Notes under the pieces: generated by a model
Databases searched by the model: none
What the model was told of the DNA's origin: nothing
What the model saw: only the letters and a program-made list of their open reading frames with translations
Position numbers and translations under genes: made by a program
Source: Planctomycetota bacterium
GTDB lineage: Bacteria; Planctomycetota; UBA8108; UBA1146
NCBI GenBank assembly: GCA_014240375.1
Contig: JAAZXB010000005.1
Location: 297-64,296, forward strand
DNA: 64,000 bases
Direction: 5' to 3'
Part shown: positions 30,592 through 40,267 of the stretch, in pieces
Position numbering within the stretch: position 1 is the stretch's first letter
Layout: every line of letters starts with the position of its first letter

Positions 30592-31146
30592 CTAGGAACT
30601 GACAGTCTCGGTATTTGTGACATTGATGTCACTTGTAGCATTCGTGGTCACCGATGCGTTGTTGGCCCAGTTGGTGGCGTTGGCGGTGGAGTTCTCGATC
30701 ACGCAGTAACTGCAAGCATTGGAGATGGCCTTGGTGACCCAGTATCCACAGATGCTGACGACGAAGGGGAAGTACATCGCCTCCACCGCAGCGACGGCAC
30801 TGGTCGCGTAAGCGCTGAAGAAGGCACCGCCACAGAAGAGCAGTCCGGCGTAGAGGAATCCCTGAGCAGCGCTATTCCAATAGCAGGACGCTTCATAGGC
30901 GTTGTCGACGTTGCCGCTGAAGACCTGGTAGCCACTCTTCCACATCGAAGTGGTGCAGACCGCAAAGCAGGTCACCAGTGAGGTGGCGATCACCGCAAAG
31001 AAGACATTTGCATCAAACGCAGTGTTGATGGCGTAGTTGGTGGCGATGGTGCAGAGGGCGAGGAACCCCAGGACACCTGTGATTACCCGAGTTGTCGGGT
31101 AGTTGACGTTGTTGCAGCTGGTGCTGCTGTTCGAGTTGGCGTTCAT
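30592..31146 (-). CDS. Cys/Asn/Ser/Thr-rich 4-TM membrane protein encoded in an AT-rich islet
   Basis: 184 aa; four hydrophobic segments; composition and codon usage (A/T-rich third positions) are unlike the flanking genes; directly upstream of, and co-oriented with, the giant gene. Confidence 0.6.
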   Translation of the reverse strand: MNANSNSSTSCNNVNYPTTRVITGVLGFLALCTIATNYAINTAFDANVFFAVIATSLVTCFAVCTTSMWKSGYQVFSGNVDNAYEASCYWNSAAQGFLYAGLLFCGGAFFSAYATSAVAAVEAMYFPFVVSICGYWVTKAISNACSYCVIENSTANATNWANNASVTTNATSDINVTNTETVSS

Positions 31147-31265
31147 GGCCAGACCTTTCTCATGGTGCCGGCGTGAAACTCAACAGTGCCGGCTCGGCTT
31201 CGTTGGCCCGGTCCTTCCGGGCCCTAAGCCTTCTTCGACCAGCGCTGTGGGAATCTTTACCGATG

Positions 31266-32402
31266 TTAGAGATTTTGCTCCAGATCAAGGCGGCTTCCCG
31301 AGGATCGTGGCGCCAGATCGGCGATCAGATCAGAGCCGAGCGTCTGGGCGTCAAAGGTCTTCTGAGCATGTTGTCGAGCATTATCGGCCATATTCTGCCG
31401 TCTCAAGGGGTCCCTCGAAAGAGTCAGAATCGCACGGCTCATCGTATCTACTGCTTCATTATGAAGCAGGATCCCGCACTGCTCCGGGATCAGGTCTGGC
31501 AGCAATCCACGGCGACTGGCGATCACCGGAACGCCGCAGGCGAGTGCCTCGCGGGCGGCTCTGCAGGTGCCATCGGAGCCGGGCACGAGAAAGAGCAGCA
31601 GGTCAAAGCGGCGCAATTGCTGCGGGTAGAGATCGGGGTCGATGTAGCCGGCGAAGCGGATCCGATCGCCGAGCCCGGTTTGCTGTGCGGGAATCCTCGC
31701 CACCTCATCCTGGTGAGTTCCGCGGCCGAGGATCACCAGTTGCAACCGAGAATCCTCTGCAGCGGCGGCAGCGAACGCCTCGATCAACTGCGGAAATCTG
31801 CGATGCCTCTGCATCCGAGCGACGACGCCGATCACCACCGGTGCATCTCGATCGGTAGAGATGCCTGGATCCGCGGCGGGAGCGAAGCGTTGCAGATCGA
31901 CGGGAGGGGCGGTGATCCGGGTGCGGCCCTGTAACTTCGGGTGTTGTTGGAGCAATCGAGTTTCCGCTCGGAGGGAGGGTGGCAGCCACAATCGTGTCCG
32001 AGCGGCGCTCCACGTCGCACGCCAGCCACTCGGCGGGTCGAGCTGGTAGCTGCTTCGGAGCACTCCGGGACCCTTCTTTCCACAGGCCAGGCAAGCCAGC
32101 AGGTGATCTCCATCGAGATGGCAGTGAATGAAGTCGGGACGCTCCGCCTCGATCGAGCGGCGAAGTCGGGAGACATCTCCGGGTAAGGAGGTCCAGCGCA
32201 AGTGCTTGGCCAGTCGTAATCCGGTGACCGTTTCGAGTCCCCGGCTGCGGGCGATCTGCTCGACGCTATTTTCTGCATCGGGATGCGTGCTGGAGAAGAA
32301 GCGGACCTCTGCGCCTGCTGCCTGCTGACTGGATGCCATCACCATCGCCAGATCGGCAGGCCCGGTGAACTTGTGGTTGGCGAAGAGGTGGAAGATCTTC
32401 AC
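31266..32402 (-). CDS. Glycosyltransferase family 4 (GT-B, group 1)
   Basis: C-terminal ...FAGYIDP...EALACGVPVIASRRGLLPDLI (E-x7-E region). GTG start at 32402 with GGAGG SD; GTGA overlap with the upstream GT2 gene. Confidence 0.8.
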   Translation of the reverse strand: MKIFHLFANHKFTGPADLAMVMASSQQAAGAEVRFFSSTHPDAENSVEQIARSRGLETVTGLRLAKHLRWTSLPGDVSRLRRSIEAERPDFIHCHLDGDHLLACLACGKKGPGVLRSSYQLDPPSGWRATWSAARTRLWLPPSLRAETRLLQQHPKLQGRTRITAPPVDLQRFAPAADPGISTDRDAPVVIGVVARMQRHRRFPQLIEAFAAAAAEDSRLQLVILGRGTHQDEVARIPAQQTGLGDRIRFAGYIDPDLYPQQLRRFDLLLFLVPGSDGTCRAAREALACGVPVIASRRGLLPDLIPEQCGILLHNEAVDTMSRAILTLSRDPLRRQNMADNARQHAQKTFDAQTLGSDLIADLAPRSSGSRLDLEQNL

Positions 32403-33241
32403 TCTTTGGCCTCCGTCGATTCCGGCAGCGCCCGAGGTGGACGCCACTCTGGACCACGGTGGTGTCGAGGAACCCGATCGGGATCGATTCCACGCGCCCG
32501 TAATGACCTTCGTTCCCACAGCACTGCGTATTTGAGGAAGACATAGAAGGAACCGACAGCGGCCAGGATGAAGCCGGCGAATCCATCGCGGTAGCCGCGA
32601 TCCACCAGGTACATGCGCAGGAACTTCCACGGCGCTCTCAACGCCATTCCCCGGATGGCGCTGCTTTTCGTGCATTCCATCTCTCGTGCAGCGATGCTGG
32701 TGAAGAAATCGATCGTCTCCATGTGGTGATGCAGATGATCGAACGAGTAATGGAGCAGATCGCCCTTCAAAGGGAAGGCTGGACCATCGAGGGAGATGTG
32801 GTCGTGGGGATTGGTGCCTGCCCAGCGTGCACTACGACGATCGAAGACACGGATCTTTCGATCTGGATACCAGCCGCCATGTCGGATCCAGCGCCCCAGA
32901 TGTCTGGTGAGACGCGGCATTGAATATCCCAGATGGCTGGGAGCATGATCGAGGTGGTGTTCCAGTTCAGCACGGAGTTCCGGGGTGACCCGTTCATCCG
33001 CATCGAGAGAGATGATCCAGTCTGTGGGGGCCAGGTCCACCGCACGATTCTTCTGTTCGACATGGCCGGGCCAGTCGGTGACATGCACTCGATCGGTGAA
33101 CTCTCGGGCGATCTCCACGGTCCGATCGGTGGATCCGGAATCGACCACGACGATGTTGGGGACCCAGCAAAGTGACTCCAGGCACTCCCGGATGTTGCTC
33201 TCCTCGTTGAAGGTGATCACCGTTGCGGTCAGATCGATCAT
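32399..33241 (-). CDS. Glycosyltransferase family 2 (LPS-core WaaE/KdtX-like)
   Basis: LTATVITFNEESNIRECLES...VVVDSGSTDRT...SLDADERVTPEL (DxD). Confidence 0.85.
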   Translation of the reverse strand: MIDLTATVITFNEESNIRECLESLCWVPNIVVVDSGSTDRTVEIAREFTDRVHVTDWPGHVEQKNRAVDLAPTDWIISLDADERVTPELRAELEHHLDHAPSHLGYSMPRLTRHLGRWIRHGGWYPDRKIRVFDRRSARWAGTNPHDHISLDGPAFPLKGDLLHYSFDHLHHHMETIDFFTSIAAREMECTKSSAIRGMALRAPWKFLRMYLVDRGYRDGFAGFILAAVGSFYVFLKYAVLWERRSLRARGIDPDRVPRHHRGPEWRPPRALPESTEAKE

Positions 33242-34044
33242 GATTTCTCGCCGTAGTAACGAGGTTGCCAGTGCCGATCGAGGGCAGGATCAATCTCAGC
33301 ACGGAGTCGGTGAAACACTTCGATCGACTCCTTCTCTGGTGGACCCAACTGGTATCGAACGCAACGCTGAAGGTAATCTCGGGCAGCCCCTTCGTCGAGT
33401 ACATCAGGATACCGCTTCGAAAACTGTGCGGCAAAGAGTGGACGCTGGTCGATGCCCAGCTGGGCGGCGCGTGCCACTTCCTCGATGACCGTGGGGTCCA
33501 GTTGAGTTCTGGTCAGCCACACCGCGAAGACGAAGGGAAGATCGGTTCGTTGCTTCCAGGCCATGCCCAGGTCGATCCGGTCGAGAGGTGAACGGCTCCG
33601 GTGTTTCAGTGCTGCATCTCCGATCAGCAGTACCGCATCGATGGTGGAGTCCTGCTGCAGCAACGACAGATTGGATGCGGTCTCGATGATCTCCAGTGGT
33701 GGCAGTTGATCGAGGTGTCTGAGAACTTGCAGGAGAGCCACCGACGAGTTGCTGGCCTGATCGACAGCAACTCGTTGGAGTTCTTCCCACGGTTTCTTGT
33801 GAAAGAGCAGTATCGAGGCGACCTCTCCCAGGCAGGAGATGCAGTGGCCCTCGAGGATCCTGTAATCGGGTCTTCTGCAAGCTTCGACCTGGGGGACCAG
33901 CCCGACATCGATGGTCCCGTTGCGCAGTGATCGGGCGAGTTCACTGGGACTGGAATCGACGATCTGCCAGCGAGGATCGTTACGAGACAGATGTCCACAC
34001 AGCGGTTCAGCGTTGAGAAAGTGGATGGCTCCGATGCGCATCAT
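33238..34044 (-). CDS. MqnA/MqnD-family (periplasmic-binding-protein-like) protein, possibly futalosine-pathway chorismate dehydratase
   Basis: MMRIGAIHFLNAEPL... N-terminus typical of MqnA/MqnD; family-level call only. Confidence 0.55.
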   Translation of the reverse strand: MMRIGAIHFLNAEPLCGHLSRNDPRWQIVDSSPSELARSLRNGTIDVGLVPQVEACRRPDYRILEGHCISCLGEVASILLFHKKPWEELQRVAVDQASNSSVALLQVLRHLDQLPPLEIIETASNLSLLQQDSTIDAVLLIGDAALKHRSRSPLDRIDLGMAWKQRTDLPFVFAVWLTRTQLDPTVIEEVARAAQLGIDQRPLFAAQFSKRYPDVLDEGAARDYLQRCVRYQLGPPEKESIEVFHRLRAEIDPALDRHWQPRYYGEKS

Positions 34045-34883
34045 CAGCGCCTCCGCTGTGAACGGGGTAAGTACTGCTGGCTGGCAGTGATCAGCGATTT
34101 CATCCGATCACGATCCGCACCGGTCACCCCGTAGATGAATCGAATCGCCTCTCCGATGCGAAGTGGTGGGGTGTTGAGCCCGATCGATTTGCTGTAGGAA
34201 CGAATCAGACGGGTCAGGTTGGAGTGTCGATTCGCCAGCGGGGCGAGCCCCCCTGGATCCAGATCGACCAGGATGGCCCTGGGGCACTCTCCTTCTCGTT
34301 GCTGGATGAGGATGTTCATCAGGTTCAGGTCGCCGTGAAGAAAGCCTGCCTGATGGAACTTGTGGATCGTCTCGGCGGTGGCTTTCAGCACCGCTCTACG
34401 CTGTCCATCCGATGGCATCTGATCCTCAAGAAATTGTTTCAAAGTTTGAACATCGTTTTCCAGTCGGATCAACATCTCAACGCGCTGACCGATGGTGGCA
34501 GCAGTGGAGGCCACGGCGATCACGTTGGAGGTGGGAATTCCCAGAACCCGAGTTTCTTCAGCCATCTCCATCTCTCGCAGAAATCGAGCACAGCTCAGGT
34601 GAAGCGTGGAGATGAAGTGAGAGAGCCAGCCTCCTCTGAGACAGCGCTTCCACAGCAGTAGCGATCCGTCAGTTCCGCGATACACCGGATGCGGTTCACG
34701 CCCGCTGCGGTGTTGTTCTGGATGGGTGGTCGCATTGCCCCCGAGGAAACCACAGTCTCGCACCAGGTCCATTTCGGAAGGGAGGATCCACACGGTTCGC
34801 TGAGCCGATTCGAATCGAACCGGTGGGGTGGCTCGGGTTTCCTTGGCATCGACAGGAATGCTCGGAGTCGGATCCTCAATCAT
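34044..34883 (-). CDS. kdkA: 3-deoxy-D-manno-octulosonic acid (Kdo) kinase / LPS kinase family
   Basis: FLHGDLNLMNILI and VDLD motifs. The supplied ORF extends over tRNA-Pro, so start set to the internal MIEDPTPS (34883). Confidence 0.7.
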   Translation of the reverse strand: MIEDPTPSIPVDAKETRATPPVRFESAQRTVWILPSEMDLVRDCGFLGGNATTHPEQHRSGREPHPVYRGTDGSLLLWKRCLRGGWLSHFISTLHLSCARFLREMEMAEETRVLGIPTSNVIAVASTAATIGQRVEMLIRLENDVQTLKQFLEDQMPSDGQRRAVLKATAETIHKFHQAGFLHGDLNLMNILIQQREGECPRAILVDLDPGGLAPLANRHSNLTRLIRSYSKSIGLNTPPLRIGEAIRFIYGVTGADRDRMKSLITASQQYLPRSQRRR

Positions 34884-35020
34884 CGGAGCTCTTGAACCCT
34901 GATCCGCCAGCCGCCTGTAGATGAAACAGGAGCCGGGGAACGGTTGCGGGAATTCGGTGGTTGCGATTTCGAGGAGATCGAACCGAAAGGATGGGGGAAG
35001 GCTTGTTGGAAGAAGAAAAA

Positions 35021-35097
35021 TGGTCGGGCCGAGTGGATTCGAACCACCGACCTCCACACCCCCAGCGTGGCGCACTACCAAACTGTGCTACGGCCCG
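35021..35097 (-). tRNA. tRNA-Pro (anticodon GGG)
   Basis: Minus-strand cloverleaf: acceptor CGGGCCG/CGGCCCG, D-arm GCAC...GTGC, anticodon loop CTGGGGG, T-arm GGTGGTTCGAATCCACT, CCA end encoded. Confidence 0.85.
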
Positions 35098-35152
35098 ACT
35101 TTTTAACTGTCTCGTGGCAAGGTCTTGGATGCTAGTGGTAGTGTCGCTCCCG

Positions 35153-36097
35153 TCAAGGCTTCCCAACACCTTCATCCTCTTCTTCTGGACCAGTTTCAAC
35201 ACTGGGACTGACCTGAGCGGTAGTTTTGGCCCCATCCGGGATCTGATTCGGGGGCAGGATCACCCCTCCCGAGATGGTGAAGCGAAGTACTTCCTCGACA
35301 CTCAGGTCCAGTTGGATGATCGACTCTCGGGAGGCCAGGATGGTGTATCCGGTGATCGGTGTGGGGCTTGAGGGGATGAAGATGGAGACCATCTCCTCGC
35401 CGGTGAATTCGCTGACTGTCTTGAAACCGGAACTGGTGACAAACCCCAGCGACCAGATCCCCTTGCGTGGATACTCGACCGCCACGGCGGTCTCGTATTC
35501 GATCTGATTCTTTTCCTCGAAGAAGAACTCGGTGACCTGTTTGGCATAGGGGTAAATGATCTTGATCAGCGGGACCTGTCGGATGAAGCTCTCGATCAAC
35601 TTCAGTAACTGGCGACCGAGATAGCCCCTGAAGATGATTCCCACGGCAAAGACCAGCAGTAGCGCGAGCAGGAATCCGAGCCACTGTGGGGCGATTTCCT
35701 CGACGAATTGCGAGAAGGGCAGATCATCGGTACGCTCCGGTGCTCCGCTACCATCGATCTCCTCGTCCAGTTGCCATTCGGGGTAATTGAGCGCCCCTCC
35801 CCAGAAGTGGTCCTTCGCCAGCTGCGAGGAGAGTCCCTTGTGGATCAGATTATTGAGTGGACCGGCGATTTTTTCGTCGAGGAAGTTGAAAGCGATGGTC
35901 AGGATCAGGATGGTCAGGACCGTCGGTAGCAAGGTTGCCAAGCCGGTCAGGAACGCCCGGCTGAGGCCCCCACGAGGCTTCTTCTGATTCTTGGTTCTGG
36001 ACAAAGGTATCCCTTTCCGACGGCTTCTCTGGTGGGTCAGTGGACCCGATCGTCGACCTCCTGCCAAGACCATGGCTCTGTCGATCGCGAAGCCCAA
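35153..36097 (-). CDS. DUF502-family membrane protein
   Basis: TM N-terminus (LTGLATLLPTVLTILILTIAF) and conserved ...VAVEYPRKGIWSLGFVTS...FIPSSPTPITGYT core. Confidence 0.7.
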   Translation of the reverse strand: MGFAIDRAMVLAGGRRSGPLTHQRSRRKGIPLSRTKNQKKPRGGLSRAFLTGLATLLPTVLTILILTIAFNFLDEKIAGPLNNLIHKGLSSQLAKDHFWGGALNYPEWQLDEEIDGSGAPERTDDLPFSQFVEEIAPQWLGFLLALLLVFAVGIIFRGYLGRQLLKLIESFIRQVPLIKIIYPYAKQVTEFFFEEKNQIEYETAVAVEYPRKGIWSLGFVTSSGFKTVSEFTGEEMVSIFIPSSPTPITGYTILASRESIIQLDLSVEEVLRFTISGGVILPPNQIPDGAKTTAQVSPSVETGPEEEDEGVGKP

Positions 36098-36253
36098 CTG
36101 CTGGATCTCGGGTTCGCTGGGCGGTGACGCTGCTGGGACGCCATTCTGGTCAAAGAACCGTGGCTCGACAAGTTCTACAGTCGGTTTGGAGTTGTCGACC
36201 TGTTTGGGTACCCTGTTTCAACTCTGTCACGGAGATAGGGGGGGAGTGATCCA

Positions 36254-37246
36254 ATGAGCCTCATCACACTTTCAGGCCTCACACCGACCAGTTCCGGGAT
36301 CCACCTGGGCAATTACTTCGGCGCGGTCCGGCAATGGATCGATCTTCAGGATGGTGGAGGAGCCCACTACTTCATCGCTTCCTATCACGCACTCACCACG
36401 GTACGGGATCCGGCGCAACTTTCCTCCAACATCCGAGCCGTGGCGATGGATTATCTCGCTCTCGGTCTCGATCCGGAGCGAGCGGTGATCTATCGCCAGG
36501 AAGATGTACCGGAGGTCTGCGAACTCTCCTGGATCCTCTCGACGCTGACACCGATGGGATTACTGGAACGATGTCATGCCTACAAGGACAAGGTGTCGCA
36601 GGGAATCTCTGCGGACCATGGCTTGTTCGCCTATCCGGTCCTGATGGCTGCAGACATCTTGATCGTTCGATCGCACCGAGTTCCGGTCGGTCAGGATCAG
36701 AAACAACATGTCGAAGTGACCCGGGATATCGCAGGGAAGTTCAATCAGACCTATGGCGAAGTATTTCCAGTTCCAGAGCCGCTGATCCTCGAGGGAAATG
36801 CCGCCAAGGTGCCCGGGCTCGATGGCCAGAAGATGAGCAAGTCTTATGGCAATGATCTCTGCATCTTCGAATCGGAGAAGAAACTCCGGAAGAGAGTGAT
36901 GTCGATCGTGACCGACTCACAGGGAGTCGATGAACCCAAGGAGCCAGAGGGCAACACCATCTTCGAGTTGTACAAGCTGGTCGCCACCGACGACAAAGTC
37001 GATGCGATGGCGGACAAGTTGAGGTCGAGCGGGATCGGATATGGGTACGGCCACGCCAAGCAGGAATTATTCGAGGCGATGCTCGAGTACTTTGCCGATG
37101 CCCGCAGTCGTCGACTGCAACTGGAGGAGAATCCAGATGAGGTCGAGCAGATCCTTCGCAGTGGCGCGGATCGAATTCGCCCGGTGGTCGAGAAAACGAT
37201 GGAGGCGGTACGGTCAGCGATCGGGGTGATCCCCAGTCAATCGTAG
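36254..37246 (+). CDS. trpS: Tryptophanyl-tRNA synthetase
   Basis: HLGNYFG (HIGH-like) and KMSKS motifs; 330 aa. Confidence 0.95.
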   Translation: MSLITLSGLTPTSSGIHLGNYFGAVRQWIDLQDGGGAHYFIASYHALTTVRDPAQLSSNIRAVAMDYLALGLDPERAVIYRQEDVPEVCELSWILSTLTPMGLLERCHAYKDKVSQGISADHGLFAYPVLMAADILIVRSHRVPVGQDQKQHVEVTRDIAGKFNQTYGEVFPVPEPLILEGNAAKVPGLDGQKMSKSYGNDLCIFESEKKLRKRVMSIVTDSQGVDEPKEPEGNTIFELYKLVATDDKVDAMADKLRSSGIGYGYGHAKQELFEAMLEYFADARSRRLQLEENPDEVEQILRSGADRIRPVVEKTMEAVRSAIGVIPSQS

Positions 37247-37271
37247 TTGCAGCATCTTCGCTGCTGGCTGG

Positions 37272-38507
37272 CTAGATCCGGGTCGGGAGCTGCTCGCACA
37301 TCTCCCGGACCTGCGCGCGAATCCCCTCGATCCGATTCTCGTCCTGAGGGTTACGGAGGACTTCCAGAATCATCTCGCCGATGCGGGTGATCTCGGCGGT
37401 TCCCATCCCTCGGCTGGTGACGGTGGGAGTGCCGATCCTCATACCACTGGGGCGCCGTGGAGGGGCAGGGTCGTAGGGAATCATGTTCATGTTGACGACG
37501 ATTCCGGCACGGCCCAGCGCCGCCTCAGCGATGTCACCGGTCAGATCCATCGAGCGAAGATCGGCGAGGATCATGTGATTGTCGGTACCCCCTGAAACCA
37601 GTCGTAACCCACCAGCGGTGAGAATCTCTCCCAGTTGAACCGAGTTCTCGACCACCTGGCGGGCGTAGTCACGGAAAGAGTCCGTCATCGCTTCACGGAA
37701 GCAGACAGCCCGCGCCGCGACCTGATGCATCAATGGACCCCCCTGGCCCCCGGGAAATACCGCGGAGTCAATTTTCTTGCGCCACTTCTTTCGGCACAGG
37801 ATCAGGCCGCTCCTCGGTCCCCTGAGAGTCTTATGAGTGGTGGTGGTGACCACATCTGCGTGCGGAACAGGGCTCGGGTGCACACCTGCGGCGACCAGGC
37901 CAGCGATGTGCGCCATGTCGACCATCAACTGGGCACCGACCTCGTCGGCGATGCTCCGAAATCCTGCAAAATCGATGATTCTCGGATAGGCACTGGCACC
38001 GGCGACGATCAGCGCAGGACTGACCTCGTGCGCCATCTTGCGAACCAGATCCAGGTCGATCATCTCGTCTTGCTGGGAAACCGGGTAGTGATGAAAGTTG
38101 TAGATCTTACCGGTGAGGCTCACCTTGGCTCCATGAGAGAGATGGCCACCATGAGCCAGATCCATCGCCAGCACCGGATCACCAGGAGAGATGAGTGCGG
38201 AATACGCCGCGATGTTGGCCTGGGTTCCAGAGTGCGCCTGCACATTGGCATGATCGGCACCGAACAGTTCGCAGGCACGAGAGCGGGCATGTTCTTCCGC
38301 TTCGTCGACCACTTCGCAGCCGCCGTAGTAGCGTCGACCGGGATAGCCCTCTGCGTACTTGTTGGTGAGTACCGATCCTTGAGCGGCCAGCACCGCATCG
38401 CTGACGATGTTCTCGCTTGCGATGAGATTGACCTCACCCTTCTGACGGGCTTCTTCTCGGACGATGATTGCGGCGATTTCGGGGTCAGTCTGTTGAATGG
38501 AAGTCAT
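37272..38507 (-). CDS. glyA: Serine hydroxymethyltransferase
   Basis: LIASENIVS...[16 protein letters not shown]...[14 protein letters not shown] conserved SHMT blocks; 411 aa. Confidence 0.95.
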   Translation of the reverse strand: MTSIQQTDPEIAAIIVREEARQKGEVNLIASENIVSDAVLAAQGSVLTNKYAEGYPGRRYYGGCEVVDEAEEHARSRACELFGADHANVQAHSGTQANIAAYSALISPGDPVLAMDLAHGGHLSHGAKVSLTGKIYNFHHYPVSQQDEMIDLDLVRKMAHEVSPALIVAGASAYPRIIDFAGFRSIADEVGAQLMVDMAHIAGLVAAGVHPSPVPHADVVTTTTHKTLRGPRSGLILCRKKWRKKIDSAVFPGGQGGPLMHQVAARAVCFREAMTDSFRDYARQVVENSVQLGEILTAGGLRLVSGGTDNHMILADLRSMDLTGDIAEAALGRAGIVVNMNMIPYDPAPPRRPSGMRIGTPTVTSRGMGTAEITRIGEMILEVLRNPQDENRIEGIRAQVREMCEQLPTRI

Positions 38508-38518
38508 CTGGGTTCTTC

Positions 38519-39634
38519 CTATCGAGCCGATTGATCGGTCCTGGATTGTAGTCGTAGCCAGCTTTCGATGAAGGGTTGGAGGTCTCCATCGAGAACAGCG
38601 TCGGTGTTTGAAGTCTCGTGATCGGTTCTGTGATCTTTCACCATCTTGTAAGGATGCAGCACATACGAGCGGATCTGGCTGCCAAAAGCAATCTCGCTCT
38701 TGAGGCCCTGGATCTTGTTCATCTCCTCACGCCTCTTCTGCTCCTCTGCCTCGAGGATCCGAGCCTTGAGCACTCGCATCGCCTGGGCTTTGTTGGCGTG
38801 CTGACTGCGTTCATTCTGACACTGGACGACGATTCCGCTGGGAATGTGGGTGATACGAACCGCCGAGTCGGTGGTGTTGACGTGCTGTCCGCCCGCTCCA
38901 CTGGCGCGGTAGGTGTCGACTCGAAGATCCACCTCAGCGATTTCGACGTCATCCACGACATCGGTTTCCGGGATCACCCGCACCGATGCAAAGGCGGTTT
39001 GTCGCCTGGCCTGGGCGTCGAAGGGGGAGATGCGAACGATTCGATGGACTCCCGATTCTGCACGAAGGTAGCCGTAGGCGTGATCCCCCAGCAGGTGGAT
39101 GGTGGAGGATTTTAGACCCGCTTCTTCGGCGAACTGCTCATCGATGATGGTGGTTCGGTAGCCCTGTTGCTCAGCCCAGCGCAGGAACATCCGCTGAACC
39201 ATCAATGTCCAGTCACAGGCATCGGTTCCACCGGCGCCTGCTTGAATCTCGAGATAGGCATTTGCACTGTCGTACTTGCCACGAAGTAGCGTTTTCAGTT
39301 CCAGCTGATCGGCACGCTCCAGTAACAGAATGCTATCCCGTTCGATTTCTTCGAGGGTCTCGGCATCACTATCTGCCACGGCCAGTTCGACCATCGCCAG
39401 GGAATCTTCCACCAGTTGCGCCAGGTCTTCGATGCTCTGTACCGATTCCTTGACCCGCTTCAACTCTGCGATGGTCTTTTCGGCATGGTCACGGTCATCC
39501 CAGAAATCAGCGACGGACATCTGCTCCTCGAGAACCTTGAGGCGCTCCTTCTGCTGGTCATGGCAGGTCGCATCGCGGATCCGCTCGAGCAGGGACTCGA
39601 TGTCGTGCAGTCTCGAGTTGATCTCGGAGTTCAC
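38519..39634 (-). CDS. prfB: Peptide chain release factor 2 (no programmed +1 frameshift)
   Basis: SPF and GGQ motifs; GTG start at 39634 with GGAGG SD, giving (M)[20 protein letters not shown]... continuous with the body of the protein. The longer ORF to 39952 is non-coding-looking. Confidence 0.88.
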   Translation of the reverse strand: MNSEINSRLHDIESLLERIRDATCHDQQKERLKVLEEQMSVADFWDDRDHAEKTIAELKRVKESVQSIEDLAQLVEDSLAMVELAVADSDAETLEEIERDSILLLERADQLELKTLLRGKYDSANAYLEIQAGAGGTDACDWTLMVQRMFLRWAEQQGYRTTIIDEQFAEEAGLKSSTIHLLGDHAYGYLRAESGVHRIVRISPFDAQARRQTAFASVRVIPETDVVDDVEIAEVDLRVDTYRASGAGGQHVNTTDSAVRITHIPSGIVVQCQNERSQHANKAQAMRVLKARILEAEEQKRREEMNKIQGLKSEIAFGSQIRSYVLHPYKMVKDHRTDHETSNTDAVLDGDLQPFIESWLRLQSRTDQSAR

Positions 39635-40267
39635 GATCCTCCACCATCCTGCCAGGGGGTTGTCATTGATCTGGTACCCATGGTGCCGCCGAGAGGGCTC
39701 CGGGCCAAGAGGACCCGAGGACTCGGGCCCAACTAATCTCAAGAAATCAGCGATTTTTTCGAGATGGAGGGGAATTCGGGGGGGGGGAGGGATCGATCGG
39801 CACGGCTCGAAGTCGGTCGTTACCATGAAAAAAGAAGGGCCCGGCAGGAGAATCTCCTGCCGGACCCCATCATCTACCGAGCGGTCAGGCAGCGATGGCT
39901 GCCCACTCCATGGAGTGGGTGCATCAAAGCAAGCACCTCTCAGCAGAGCCACGGACTATCATCAATGGATCACCTCCTTCCGGGTCAACACCCGGCCTCG
40001 CGCGGACATGGCTCCCGCAGCCGGGGGGACAGGGTCCCGTCCAGTGGCGTCCCACCGGATCGGCTGGAACAGGATCGGACACGGCAGTGTCAGACCCTGC
40101 GAATCGCAGAGATCGACGTCAATGTCGACTCCTGTGCTACGATTCTATCACTGGGTCCAGATGGGGGAATCGCCGGCGCAGCAGAGCGGCAGAAATGCCC
40201 TGAATTGGGTGAATTGGCGAGCCACCGGGTCCCCATCCCGGTCCTGATGGTGTGGCAGGAGGAGTAG

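Noticed and set aside
34944-35371. Several short plus-strand ORFs across the tRNA-Pro locus
   Set aside because: They overlap a well-formed tRNA cloverleaf on the minus strand; no coding signal.
38519-39952. Extended 477-aa prfB ORF, and the possibility of a programmed frameshift
   Set aside because: The upstream 105 codons have non-protein-like composition. A GTG with GGAGG SD gives a canonical RF2 N-terminus in the same frame, so neither a frameshift nor the long form is needed.
39967-39979. Exact match to the 16S rRNA 3' end (GGATCACCTCCTT)
   Set aside because: No flanking rRNA sequence (no ...GTAACCGTAGGGGAACCTGCGGTT... upstream), so this is not an rRNA gene or fragment. Kept only as a curiosity in the intergenic-region finding.
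39764-40267. Plus-strand 167-aa ORF in the prfB-gluQ gap
   Set aside because: Arg/Gly/Pro-rich nonsense composition typical of spurious high-GC ORFs; no SD; the region is better explained as structured non-coding DNA.
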